DNA of 59,512 nt from Candidatus Eiseniibacteriota bacterium (GTDB taxonomy: Bacteria > Eisenbacteria > RBG-16-71-46 > JABDJR01 > JAWXBZ01). Shown piece by piece: positions 34,637 through 44,421 of this stretch; position 1 is the stretch's first letter; each line of letters begins with the position of its first letter. Both the position numbers and the translations under genes were made by a program. The notes under the pieces were generated by a model. That model was not told where the DNA came from and ran no database searches. It saw only the letters and a program-made list of their open reading frames with translations. The stretch is from contig JAWXBZ010000122.1 in NCBI GenBank assembly GCA_034440375.1, positions 1-59,512 on the forward strand, given 5' to 3'.

Positions 34637-35179
34637 ATGAAACGATCCCCTCTTCCTGCGATTGGCCTGGCGCTGGTGATGTTGGCATCGGGCTGCTCCG
34701 GCTCGAGCCAGAAAGACAGGCCACGCCCGTCCGCCGGGGTCGGCGGCGCCAGCACGGCCAGCAGCGCCGGGGTCGGCGGCGCCGACAGCGCCGTGCCGGC
34801 AAACGCCCCCGCCTATCGCCTCCGCTGCAGCGAGGGGGGTGGATTCACCGGTCAATGGACCGGTTTCGTCCTCGAAGCCGACGGCCGCGTGGCCACCTGG
34901 CATGGTCGCGACGCCGAATCCTCATCAGGAACCCCCATCGGAACCGCCACGACCAAAGAGCAGAACCGACTCTGGTCGGCACTGGAAAAGGCCGGTTTCT
35001 TCACCCGCGACGTAAACGAACCGGGAAACATGACGCGATCTGTGCGTGTCGAAGCCGCCGCCGACACTTCGATTTGGAGCTGGAGTCTGAAACCGGAACC
35101 TGACAGCACGGGCCGGTCCACCGTTTGGAATGCCTGCCAGGATCTCGTCCGGCAGGTCAAGGCCAGGGAGGAACGATGA
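34637..35179 (+). CDS. Lipoprotein of unknown function, possibly an emfourin-like M4 protease inhibitor
   Basis: Lipobox LASGC, Ser/Ala/Gly linker, then LRCSEGGGFTG; its stop overlaps the ATG of the M4 peptidase. Confidence 0.65.
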   Translation: MKRSPLPAIGLALVMLASGCSGSSQKDRPRPSAGVGGASTASSAGVGGADSAVPANAPAYRLRCSEGGGFTGQWTGFVLEADGRVATWHGRDAESSSGTPIGTATTKEQNRLWSALEKAGFFTRDVNEPGNMTRSVRVEAAADTSIWSWSLKPEPDSTGRSTVWNACQDLVRQVKAREER

Positions 35180-38100
35180 GTCGTCGGGACGGTTTCGCAT
35201 CGATCAACGGATTGGCCGCTACTTTCCTGATCGCCTTGCTGGCCGCGCCAACACTGGCCGCCATTCCGGTCAATAACCCGGCCACATTCGTGAAGCCGGT
35301 CGTGGCACCCTCGAACCTGACGCCGGCCTCCTCCGGCCGCGGTGCCACCCTCAACAAGAAGCCGACAGCACAAACGGCCGTTTCGATGCGCGGGCCGCTC
35401 CGGGGGTTCTCCCGACTTCCGGTTGCCCTCGCGACCCCGGCCGCCGTGCGTCTGGCGGCACTGCGCGCGGCAAACGGCAACGACCTTCGTTTCGTCGCGG
35501 ATGACGCGGGTGAAACCGTCCGCTTTCTGGCCGGGCCGAATCTCGAGCCGGGCGGATCATCACGGTTGTCCGCACCCCGCCTGGAAGCGGAATTCGAGTC
35601 GCGAGCGCTTTCGTTTCTGGCCGATAATGCGACACTCGTGGCGATCGACAATCCAGCGGACGAACTGACGATGAATCGCGTCGAGTCCGATCGCGACGGT
35701 TTTCATGCCGTGCGCTTCCGGCAGACCTGGCGCCGGAACGAGATATGGGGGAACGATCTGATCGTTCGGTTTGATCCGGCCGGCCGCGTGATCGGGATGT
35801 CGGGGCACTACCGCGCCACACCGAAGGGTCTCATTCCGAACGCGCAACTGGATGAATCGGCGGCGACGGGCTCGGCCCGTGCGCATGTCCTTGGGCAGCA
35901 CGGGCGGACACCGACCTCGTCATCGGCCACCCCGGTCTGGTTCGACGCGCCCGGCGGTCTTCGTCCAGCCTTTGCCGTCATCGTGGAAGCCGGCCTCGAC
36001 TGTCGCCGCGAACTGCTCGTCGACGCGCTGACCGGCCGGATCCAGAAGGATCTCTCGCTGGTCCAGACCGACGGAGCGGTGCTCGGATCGGGGCCCGACT
36101 TGACCAACACCAACCGGACACTCGGCCTCTACCAGATCGGCTCGAGCTTCCTCATGACCGATACCCGAAAGGACATGTTCAGCCAGCCGTTGAGCCAGTT
36201 TCCCAACAAGCCAAGCGGCACCATCACGCTGATCAACGCCACGAATGGCATGGGCGACAACCTGACGCATGTCACGTCGTCGAACACAGCGAGCTGGAAC
36301 AGCTTCAGGAACGCGGTCAGCGGCGCCCACTTTGCCGGACAGGTGTACGACTACTACCGCACGCGTCACGACCGGCAGAGCATCGATGGGAAAAAGGGAA
36401 CGATGTGGCTGGTCGTCAACTTCCAGAACAACTTCAACAACGCCTTCTGGAACGGACAGTTCATGGTCTTCGGCAACGGCGACGGCAATGACTTCAGCGA
36501 TCTGGCCGGCTCGCTGGACGTGACGGCGCACGAGATGAGCCACGGCGTCATCGAAAACACCGCCGGGCTTGTCTACGAATTTCAGTCCGGCGCCCTCAAC
36601 GAGCATTTCGCGGACGCGTTCGGCGCGGCCACCGAGTTTTTCGCGAGGCCGGGCAGCGCCAACTGGCTGCTGGGTGAGGATGTCACGACCCCCGGTATCG
36701 CCGGCGACGCGCTGCGCAACATGGAAAACCCGGGAGCGGCCAACGTGGCCTTTGGGGGCCAGCAGCCGACGCACATGAGCGAATTCCGAAATCTGACGTC
36801 CAGTCAGGACAACGGGGGCGTGCACATCAACAGCGGCATCCCGAACCGGGCGTTTTTCCTGACTGCGACCACCCTGGATGTCGGGCGCGGTGAACGGATC
36901 TGGTACCGGGCGCTCAGCCAATATCTCATGAGAAACTCGCAGTTTGTCGACTTTCGCCGCGGCTGCATTCAGGCCGCCACCGATCTCTTCGGCGGCGGCT
37001 CGACCGAGGTAACCGCGGTGACCAACGCCATGAACACCGTCGGAATCGTGGACGGCTCGGCCACACCGGCACCGCCGCCGTCACCCGACAACGTCGGCAA
37101 CGACCTCCTGGCGGTGGTCGACCCGGTCAGTGATCACATCCTTTCGGTGGATCCGGATTTCTCCTCGCCAAGCGTGGACATCTCCGGTATCGCCATCGGA
37201 GCCGGGGGCCGCCCGACCTTCAGCGACAACGGAAGCCTGATGGCATTCGTCGGCGCCAATGGCAACATCTACGCGAGGACGATGAACGGTGCCGTTCAGG
37301 CTTTGACCGACGAGGGAGGATGGTGGAGCGTGGCCCTTTCCCCCGACGGCACCGACCTCGCGGCCACGACCGTCGCGGAGGACGGACGGATCTACGTCTT
37401 CGATCTGACCTCGAGCGCTTCGGGCTTTTATGAGCTGACCAGGCAGAATTCCACGCCGGGTGCGGTGGCCGACCAGGTGGTTTTCGCGGACGTTCTCGAG
37501 TGGACGCTCGACGGCCAGTTTCTCGTGTACGACGCGCTGAACCGGTCGAGCCTCGGCGGCCAGAGCTTTGAGTACTGGGACATCAACCTGCTCCGCCTCT
37601 CGGACGGCGAGTGCTTTCGTGTCTTCCAGACCCTGCCGCAGGGAGAGAGCGTCGGCAATCCAACGCTGGCCCAGAACAGCGATGGCAAGATCGCCTTCGA
37701 CTACGTCAGCAACGACGGTAACACCTATGTCATCGGCTACGAGTTTCAGACTGGCGCCAGCGGCACGATCACCAACAATCTGCAGTCGCTCGGCCGCCCG
37801 ACCTTCTCGGGCGACGACCGGCAGGTCTTCTACCAGTACATCAATTCGCAGGCGTTCATCTACCTGGTGACGCTCGAAGCCGACGGCGTCACGGGCAGCG
37901 GAAATGACGTCATCTGGGCCACGGACGGCTATGCGCCGGTCTGGTACACCGTCGGCACCCGCCCGACGCCGGTCACCCTGCTGGCCTTTGACCTGGCCTG
38001 GACCAACGGCGATATCCGTGTGAACTGGCAGGTCGGCGATCCCGACCAGGCGATCGGTTTCCGGCTGTCGAGTGCGACTTCGGAGGAGGGAGCCTTTGAT

Positions 38101-38562
38101 CCCTCCGGCGGACTCATTCCGATGTCCGAAGGGATCGACGGGCGGTTCGAACACCGGCTGCCGGCGCCCGTCGGCACGGACCGAATCTGGGTGCGGCTCG
38201 AGGAAGTCGGTCGGGACGGCTCGGTGGCGGAAGTGATCCGGCGGGAAATCCGGCGCCCGCCGGTCGATGCCAGACGGCTTCAACTCCTGCCGGCCCGGCC
38301 GAATCCGGTCGTCAGCGAAACACAGATCGCCTTCGTCGTACCGGAATCAGGCACGGGTTGGCCCGTTAGCCTGACTATTTTCGACGCCGCGGGGCGCCGC
38401 GTGGCAAGCCTCCTCGATAATGCAAACCTGCCGCCCGGCGAAAATATTGCGGCCTGGACCGCGACGGACGACCGGGGCCAACCGGTTCCGGTGGGTGTCT
38501 ACTACGCACGCCTGGAAGTGGCCGGAGAGCGCGTGTCCCGCAACATTGTCGTGGCGCGGTAG
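35176..38562 (+). CDS. M4 (thermolysin-family) metallopeptidase with FTP/PepSY propeptide, beta-propeller and FlgD-Ig/Por-tail-like C-terminus
   Basis: NNAFWNG, AHEMSHG (HExxH), GALNEHFAD, DNGGVHINSGIPN; GGAGG RBS; C-terminal RPNP...FDAAGRRV...GVYYARL. Confidence 0.9.
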   Translation: MSRRDGFASINGLAATFLIALLAAPTLAAIPVNNPATFVKPVVAPSNLTPASSGRGATLNKKPTAQTAVSMRGPLRGFSRLPVALATPAAVRLAALRAANGNDLRFVADDAGETVRFLAGPNLEPGGSSRLSAPRLEAEFESRALSFLADNATLVAIDNPADELTMNRVESDRDGFHAVRFRQTWRRNEIWGNDLIVRFDPAGRVIGMSGHYRATPKGLIPNAQLDESAATGSARAHVLGQHGRTPTSSSATPVWFDAPGGLRPAFAVIVEAGLDCRRELLVDALTGRIQKDLSLVQTDGAVLGSGPDLTNTNRTLGLYQIGSSFLMTDTRKDMFSQPLSQFPNKPSGTITLINATNGMGDNLTHVTSSNTASWNSFRNAVSGAHFAGQVYDYYRTRHDRQSIDGKKGTMWLVVNFQNNFNNAFWNGQFMVFGNGDGNDFSDLAGSLDVTAHEMSHGVIENTAGLVYEFQSGALNEHFADAFGAATEFFARPGSANWLLGEDVTTPGIAGDALRNMENPGAANVAFGGQQPTHMSEFRNLTSSQDNGGVHINSGIPNRAFFLTATTLDVGRGERIWYRALSQYLMRNSQFVDFRRGCIQAATDLFGGGSTEVTAVTNAMNTVGIVDGSATPAPPPSPDNVGNDLLAVVDPVSDHILSVDPDFSSPSVDISGIAIGAGGRPTFSDNGSLMAFVGANGNIYARTMNGAVQALTDEGGWWSVALSPDGTDLAATTVAEDGRIYVFDLTSSASGFYELTRQNSTPGAVADQVVFADVLEWTLDGQFLVYDALNRSSLGGQSFEYWDINLLRLSDGECFRVFQTLPQGESVGNPTLAQNSDGKIAFDYVSNDGNTYVIGYEFQTGASGTITNNLQSLGRPTFSGDDRQVFYQYINSQAFIYLVTLEADGVTGSGNDVIWATDGYAPVWYTVGTRPTPVTLLAFDLAWTNGDIRVNWQVGDPDQAIGFRLSSATSEEGAFDPSGGLIPMSEGIDGRFEHRLPAPVGTDRIWVRLEEVGRDGSVAEVIRREIRRPPVDARRLQLLPARPNPVVSETQIAFVVPESGTGWPVSLTIFDAAGRRVASLLDNANLPPGENIAAWTATDDRGQPVPVGVYYARLEVAGERVSRNIVVAR

Positions 38563-38591
38563 CCCGGCCTCAGTACCCGGCTTCGACCACC

Positions 38592-39347
38592 TCAGTATTC
38601 CTCTTCGACCACCCTCGCCAGCATCTGCTTTCGGTCGAGGCGTCCCTGCGCGTAGGAGCGCAGGTCGCTCATGCGGGCCTTGACCACCAGGCGTGAGATG
38701 CGTCTCTCGAGGAAGAAATCGCTGTTCTTGAGGAAGGCGGCGAAACAGAGCCACTGGTTGTCCCGGAGGGAGTTCATTGATTCGCCGTACTCGATGAGCG
38801 TTTCGATGATTTCGCCTTTGCCGGCATCGTAGAGCTTGGCCTGCTTGCCGGCCTGCTTGTCGATCCAGGTGCGCGGGGTGGGGGATGACTTGGGATTTTC
38901 GCCGGCCCTGGGCGGTACCGGCGGCTTGGGCGCGATCGGGGGATCCTGTTGCGAACGCTTTTCCTTGTTCTTCTTGATGATGACATTGCCGTGCTCGTCG
39001 GTTCCGAACGAGAAACCTTCCCAGCTTTCCGGCCATTGCATGTCGTCGCTACGATCGACCAGCGAGGCCTCGAAGGAAAAGAGGACGCCGAACTCATCCA
39101 TGTAAAGGCCGTGCGCGACGCCCCCCGCTGTATAGATGAGCACGTTCTTGCTGTCGAGGAGCATCTCGTCGATCACCTTTTCGAGGACGGTGATTTCGCG
39201 CAGCATTCGTTTCGAGCGAATGGGATCCGCCGATTGACCGGCCTGGGCGGCGGCCGGCGTGACGATCGCCGGGTGGAACAGGCCCGGCATCAGAAGCAGA
39301 GCGGCAAGCCCGATTCCGGCCAGAGGTGACCGGAGGCGGTTACTCAT
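38592..39347 (-). CDS. Secreted hypothetical protein in the ECF operon (paralog of 50911-51546)
   Basis: Signal peptide; start overlaps the anti-sigma stop; clear similarity to the 50911-51546 product. Confidence 0.75.
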   Translation of the reverse strand: MSNRLRSPLAGIGLAALLLMPGLFHPAIVTPAAAQAGQSADPIRSKRMLREITVLEKVIDEMLLDSKNVLIYTAGGVAHGLYMDEFGVLFSFEASLVDRSDDMQWPESWEGFSFGTDEHGNVIIKKNKEKRSQQDPPIAPKPPVPPRAGENPKSSPTPRTWIDKQAGKQAKLYDAGKGEIIETLIEYGESMNSLRDNQWLCFAAFLKNSDFFLERRISRLVVKARMSDLRSYAQGRLDRKQMLARVVEEEY

Positions 39348-40146
39348 TTCGGCCCACTTCCACGTCTTCGGGCGAGAGGAGCGGCCCCAGGCTGTCCGCG
39401 TGACTCATGCCAAGCTCCATCGGACGGAGAAAATCATGCGCGATCCGATCCGCCGGACGTGTGGCATCGATCTTTCCCAGCAGGTCTGCGTACTGCGAGG
39501 ACTGTTTGGCATTGATGTCGCCGTACAGGGAACGAAGTGCGGCACCGATCTCCTGGTCCCGACGCCCCCGGTATTCGTTCATGTAGGCCGATACCATTCG
39601 AAGCATGGCGGCCGAGTACTTGTCGAATTCGTCGCGGGTCAGGTAGGCGGCGGTACTGGTGCCGGCATCGCCGTTGCTTGAAACCTGCAAGGGGATCGTT
39701 CCGAGAGGATCGACGGTCTGGCGTGTCACCGGCCGATTACGCGAACCGACATTGACCTGGAAGCCGCCGTCGGTCTTCTGGAGTTCAACGCCCTTGAGCG
39801 CGAGGAGGAGAACAGCGGCCGCGGCACCGGCCACCACCCACCCGCCCACGGAAAACCAGCTGCCGAAGCGATCGCGGAAACCTTCCAGCCAACCGGCAGC
39901 ACTGGCGCGACGATTCCGGCCACCGGCTTCGACCACAAGGAAACTCGGGATACGATCTTCCACCTCCCAGTCGGCCAGGAGACTCCGCGTTCCGGAGAGC
40001 TCCTCCCATTCGGTACGAAGCGCCGCATCAACCTTGAGCTGGGCGTCAAAATCCCGGCGGTCGGCATCGGTCATCTCGCCATAGAGGGCCGCCACCAGCC
40101 TGTCGATTTTTGGATCGACCGATTCATGTCGTTTCAATTCACTCAC
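39340..40146 (-). CDS. Membrane-anchored anti-sigma factor (degenerate zf-HC2-like N-terminus)
   Basis: Directly downstream of the ECF sigma; LVAALYGEM..DRRDFDAQL; one TM helix (WVVAGAAAAVLLLAL). The GTG start is approximate. Confidence 0.7.
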   Translation of the reverse strand: MSELKRHESVDPKIDRLVAALYGEMTDADRRDFDAQLKVDAALRTEWEELSGTRSLLADWEVEDRIPSFLVVEAGGRNRRASAAGWLEGFRDRFGSWFSVGGWVVAGAAAAVLLLALKGVELQKTDGGFQVNVGSRNRPVTRQTVDPLGTIPLQVSSNGDAGTSTAAYLTRDEFDKYSAAMLRMVSAYMNEYRGRRDQEIGAALRSLYGDINAKQSSQYADLLGKIDATRPADRIAHDFLRPMELGMSHADSLGPLLSPEDVEVGRNE

Positions 40147-40159
40147 TCCTTCGGCCCGT

Positions 40160-40774
40160 TCAGGCCGGCAGCGTTGGCGAAATGCCACGCTCGTTCAACA
40201 GGCGTCGCAACGCCTTGAATCCGTAGAAAATTCGGCTCCGCACGGTGGCCGCCGGAACTCCGGTAATTTCGGCGATCTCTTCCGACGTGAAGCCTTGGTA
40301 CTCCCTTAGGACAATGGCGGTCCGCTGTTCGTTGGGCAGCTCCGTCAGGACCTCGTCCAGGAGCGTCTTGAGACTGGTTTGCTCCACGTGGCGGGTGGTG
40401 GCCCACTGGGCCGCCTTCCCGCCTCCCTCCGGCATCGTTTCCAGCCCCCCCTCCTCGTAACTGGAGTGGATGGCTTTTGACTTGAGGCTCCGAAACCGGT
40501 CCCGACAGAGGTTCAGGGCAATGTAGTGGATCCAAGCCCTGAATTTTGACCCGTCCCGAAGCGACCCGATATTCTGGTACGCCTTGGACCAGGCCTCCTG
40601 GCAGACATCCCGTGCGTCTTCAGAGTTGCCCATCATCCGCCGGATAAACCGGTAGAGGCTGGTTTCCCATCGCTGAGACAAGTTATTGAACGCGTTGATG
40701 TTGCCCTGTTGAATCAGGACGACGAGCTGCTCATCTGTAAGAGCGTCCAATGAACCTCCAGCTCCGGTATTCAT
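40160..40774 (-). CDS. ECF (sigma-70 group 4) RNA polymerase sigma factor
   Basis: DEQLV, DARDVCQEAWSKAY, FRAWIHYIALNLCRDRFR, LPNEQRTAIVLREYQGFTSEEIAEI...ATVRSRIFYG; GGAGG RBS. Confidence 0.92.
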   Translation of the reverse strand: MNTGAGGSLDALTDEQLVVLIQQGNINAFNNLSQRWETSLYRFIRRMMGNSEDARDVCQEAWSKAYQNIGSLRDGSKFRAWIHYIALNLCRDRFRSLKSKAIHSSYEEGGLETMPEGGGKAAQWATTRHVEQTSLKTLLDEVLTELPNEQRTAIVLREYQGFTSEEIAEITGVPAATVRSRIFYGFKALRRLLNERGISPTLPA

Positions 40775-40787
40775 GACCTCCAGGGGG

Positions 40788-40816
40788 TTAGACGTTCCCC
40801 CCGGCTGGACCGTTCA
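40788..40816 (-). promoter_or_regulatory. Putative autoregulatory ECF promoter
   Basis: TGAAC-N17-CGTCTAA ending 13 nt upstream of the sigma ATG. Confidence 0.6.
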
Positions 40817-40839
40817 AACGGATTCTCGGTTGTCAGTTC

Positions 40840-41094
40840 TCAATCCTCCGGCCCGCCAGCCAGTGGATGATGTTCAGAGGAGAGATCCGCCACCCCGCAC
40901 CCATTCGCGGAGCGCGGCGGCCGAGAACGGTTGATTCGAACCCGACACCCGACAGCCGTCGCGCCGCAGGAGTTCGGCAAACGGCCGATAGCGCCCATCG
41001 CAACGGCCGGATTGACGCCTGTGGCAAGAATGACGAAGCACATGAGGACCGCCAGCCGGGGCGGCTGTCGGGGCGTGACGCCGGTCATTGACAT
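40840..41094 (-). CDS. Possible 84-aa exported peptide
   Basis: AGGAG RBS 5 nt before ATG; signal-like RLAVLMCFVILATGVNPAVA; no recognisable domain. Confidence 0.3.
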   Translation of the reverse strand: MSMTGVTPRQPPRLAVLMCFVILATGVNPAVAMGAIGRLPNSCGATAVGCRVRINRSRPPRSANGCGVADLSSEHHPLAGGPED

Positions 41095-41429
41095 GGTCAC
41101 TCCTGGCCCGGGTAGATGGCGGCCAGACACAGGATACCCTTCGTGACGAAAACAACGAAGCGGCGGTCCCTGCTCCACCCGGGCCAAGACACTACTGTGG
41201 TGACGATAAAATCGGCTCGCTTGAACATGGCGCTTCTCCCTTCCGGGTCGACAGGACCCGGGAAGACCGGATGGGGAGGAACGCGCTGGAGCCGTTAATT
41301 GAAGATAGGGATGACTTCCCGCGGACGCCACATCGGACGGGTATATAATGGCCCTCCACCCCCAAACCAGTGGAGAATTCAATGCCCGTGAACCGCCCCA
41401 ACGACACCCTTGCCGAGAGGACACGACTC

Positions 41430-42236
41430 ATGACAACAACCGGTGCGCTCGCGATCGGCCTGTGCCTGGCCGGCGACTTTGTCGCCCTTCCCGCCATGGC
41501 CGGCCTCAGCATGCAGGTTCCCGCCACGCCCGGTGGGACCTTCGCCTCCGGCCATGACGATGCGCTGAATTCCATCACGGGACAGGGGCGCTCGGGCCGG
41601 AGTTGGGTCCTGGAATTGCCCGGCCCGGACCAGGACGAAGCATCCGCCGTCATGACCGAAACCATCGTTCCGGCCGTGGGTCGAACCGACATCGTGAACA
41701 TCATGCCGAGCGCGATCGTCCCCTGCGTCCGGGTCATCGTGGCGACGGATGCCCTGGGAAACACCGTCTATGATCTGGCCGTTGACGCGGCGAATGTAAA
41801 TCGGGACTTCCTCATCACCGACATCCATACCGGCGAGCCACTCCGATTCTGTTCCGGGGCCTTGGCCGCCCGGCCGGCGGATGATCTCTCCGCACCCGGC
41901 AGCCACTCGAAGAAGTCGGGTGACTTCAACCAGGGACACGAAACGGCACTCAACGCGCTCTGTGGAAGCGGCCGTTCCGGCCGAACCTGGTCGTTGACCG
42001 ACGACTCCGGCCGCGAGGCCATGGCTGAAACGGTCATGCCGGCCCTGGACCGCACGGAGGTGGTGCGGATCATGCCCGGGGCGATCATCCCGTGCGTCCG
42101 CGTCCGGGTTTCGACCGACGGCCTCGGAACAACCACCTGGGAGCTGGCTGTTGACGCCGAGAACGTTAATCGGGATTTCCTGATCACGGACATCCACACG
42201 GGCGGGGCACTGACCCTCTGCCCGGTTCGTCGATAG
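41430..42236 (+). CDS. Secreted protein made of two copies of an unrecognised ~100-aa domain
   Basis: GAGAGG RBS; signal peptide; repeats GRSGRSW...IMPSAIVPCVRV...LAVDAANVNRDFLITDIHTG and GRSGRTW...IMPGAIIPCVRV...LAVDAENVNRDFLITDIHTG. TATAAT at 41344-41349. Confidence 0.75.
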   Translation: MTTTGALAIGLCLAGDFVALPAMAGLSMQVPATPGGTFASGHDDALNSITGQGRSGRSWVLELPGPDQDEASAVMTETIVPAVGRTDIVNIMPSAIVPCVRVIVATDALGNTVYDLAVDAANVNRDFLITDIHTGEPLRFCSGALAARPADDLSAPGSHSKKSGDFNQGHETALNALCGSGRSGRTWSLTDDSGREAMAETVMPALDRTEVVRIMPGAIIPCVRVRVSTDGLGTTTWELAVDAENVNRDFLITDIHTGGALTLCPVRR

Positions 42237-42246
42237 GAGGGGGCGC

Positions 42247-44370
42247 ATGAATCGGCTCATCCGGCTCGGGCTTCCGGCCCTGGCGGGTGCGCTGACGATT
42301 TCCATTCCGGATGCGTTTCCGGCGGCACCATCAACCCGTGTTCGCATCAACCAGCACGGCTACGCGCCCGCCGAGACCAAGTGGGTGGCGGTGGCACTGG
42401 CTTCGGGAACGCCGGCCATTTTCGAGATCCGTCGCCGGAACGACGACTCCCTGGTCCTGTCCGGTGCCCTGACTCTAAGGCGCAGCGCCGATCCCGGAAG
42501 CGGCGATAATGTGTACCAGGGATTGTTCAGTTCGCTTGCGGCAATCGGCGAGTATGTCGTGCGGGTGCCCGGCGTGGGCGATTCGCACCCCTTCCAGGTG
42601 CACGGCGCCGTGTACGACGACCTTTACCGAAAACTGCTGAAAGGGCTCTATTACCAGCGCTGCGGCACCGCCATCGATGTAGCGCATGGTGGAGATTGGA
42701 CGCACGAGGCCTGTCATGACGAGGCGGGCGGCATGGCCTCGTACGACTGGGCCACCACCGGCGGGGCGCCGGGCGGCTACCGCAATACCATCGGCGGGTG
42801 GCACGACGCCGGCGACTACGGCAAGTACAGCACGAACAACGCCTATGCCGTGGGCGTGCTGCTGCAGGCCTACGACCATTTCCCCTCGCGCTATCCGCAT
42901 GACGATGCCGGCATCCCGGAAAGTGGAAACGGCGTGCCGGACCTGCTGGACGAAGCGCGATGGTCGCTCCAGTGGATGCAGAAGATGCAGCTGGCCAACG
43001 GTTCGGTGCTCCACCGGGAATCCGTCGCCAGCTATGCCGGCGAGTTCCTGCCGGAAGCCGAGCCGACCACGCGTTACTACACGTCGATTTCGAGTGATGC
43101 CACGGCCGTCCATTGCGCGGCAATGGCCCTGGCGGCACGGGTGTATGCCGGGGTCGATCCGACATTCGCGGCGACCTGTTCCACCAGTGCCGTGAATGCA
43201 TGGAACTGGCTGCAGAGCAATCCGGGCCGGGTGCCGGTCGCTGGATTTGCCAACCAGTTTGGCCATACCGGTGCCACGTATATCGCCGGAAACGAACTCG
43301 GGCGACGCCTCTGGGCCGCGGCCGAGCTTTATCGATTGAACGGGAGCGCGGCGGCGAAGAGCTGGTTCGATGCGCGCTGGGGGGACGGCCTCACGTTCAA
43401 CGGTGTCTGGTACCCCGATGGCTGGGGCGATCTGGCCAACATGGGGGCCTTCGCCTATCGCGATGCGCCGGGCGCGACGGCTGGAATCAAATCGGGCAAC
43501 TGGTGGAGCATCGAGAACTCGACGCTCTCCTCCGTGGGCGGCTGGAACACGCGCGTGGGGCAGGACGGCTACGGCTGCGTGGCCTCGACCACGCCACCTT
43601 CCGGCGATTACTACTGGGGATTCACCGGCGTCCTGCTCCGCTACGCCTGGACCATGATCCAGGCCGACCGCTATACACCAAACAGTGCCTGGGTACAGTC
43701 CGCCCGCGAGCAGTTGCACTACATCCTTGGCCGGAACCCGGTGGACCAGGTATACGTGACCGGCCTCGGCGAGCGGCCCGTGCTCCACAGCCATGGCGCG
43801 TGGAACCTGGCCGCCGGCTACGTGAATGTGGACGACGCCCTCTGTCGCCCCATTCCCAATCTTCTCGTCGGCGGCGCCAACAAGGCCGACAACTCCGCCA
43901 TCAGCCCCTACCCGGGCAAATGCTACGAGGACATCGCCGACCCGAACTATTTCAACAAGGGAAACTACACGCTCAACGAAACGGCCGTGAATATCCAGGC
44001 CTCGCTGATCGTACTGGCCGGCTATTTCAGTTCAGGGAATACCGTTTCAGGTGTTGATGATCCGGACATCGAGCCGGCACCGGCGGCGCGGGTCGCGACG
44101 ATCAGCGCCAGCCCGAACCCGTTCGTCGAGGGGACGACCTTGACGTTGGCCTCCGGGGCGCCCCTGTCGGGCGACGTGATGATCCTCGACGCGGCCGGGC
44201 GGCGCGTGGCGCGACTGGCCGTCCGCGCGATTCCGGGCGCCAAATCGATGGAGGTCCGCTGGGACGGCCTGGGTACGGACGGCCAGCCGGTGGCGCCGGG
44301 CGTCTACTGGGCGCGGGTAGCCGGCCAGGGTGAGTCGCGGGCGCGGCAACTGGTTCGGATTCGTCGGTAG
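42247..44370 (+). CDS. Glycoside hydrolase family 9 (N-terminal Ig) with FlgD-Ig/Por-tail-like C-terminus
   Basis: VRINQHGY, GGWHDAGDYGKY, PDLLDEARW, LHYILGRNP, NYTLNETAVN; GGAGG RBS. Confidence 0.9.
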   Translation: MNRLIRLGLPALAGALTISIPDAFPAAPSTRVRINQHGYAPAETKWVAVALASGTPAIFEIRRRNDDSLVLSGALTLRRSADPGSGDNVYQGLFSSLAAIGEYVVRVPGVGDSHPFQVHGAVYDDLYRKLLKGLYYQRCGTAIDVAHGGDWTHEACHDEAGGMASYDWATTGGAPGGYRNTIGGWHDAGDYGKYSTNNAYAVGVLLQAYDHFPSRYPHDDAGIPESGNGVPDLLDEARWSLQWMQKMQLANGSVLHRESVASYAGEFLPEAEPTTRYYTSISSDATAVHCAAMALAARVYAGVDPTFAATCSTSAVNAWNWLQSNPGRVPVAGFANQFGHTGATYIAGNELGRRLWAAAELYRLNGSAAAKSWFDARWGDGLTFNGVWYPDGWGDLANMGAFAYRDAPGATAGIKSGNWWSIENSTLSSVGGWNTRVGQDGYGCVASTTPPSGDYYWGFTGVLLRYAWTMIQADRYTPNSAWVQSAREQLHYILGRNPVDQVYVTGLGERPVLHSHGAWNLAAGYVNVDDALCRPIPNLLVGGANKADNSAISPYPGKCYEDIADPNYFNKGNYTLNETAVNIQASLIVLAGYFSSGNTVSGVDDPDIEPAPAARVATISASPNPFVEGTTLTLASGAPLSGDVMILDAAGRRVARLAVRAIPGAKSMEVRWDGLGTDGQPVAPGVYWARVAGQGESRARQLVRIRR

Positions 44371-44421
44371 AGGCTTGCCGGGCAGTACGGCGTCACGAAG
44401 TCCTGACGCCAGATTCACCGC

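Noticed and set aside
40925-40950. GGGTTCGAATC T-loop-like motif on the minus strand
   Set aside because: The flanks do not pair into a T-stem and there is no cloverleaf or acceptor stem, so it is not a tRNA.
44389-44410. GGCGTCA-N8-TGACGCC hairpin between the convergent GH9 and TlpA genes
   Set aside because: Plausible weak terminator, but the stem is short and there is no U-tract, so it is not listed as a feature.
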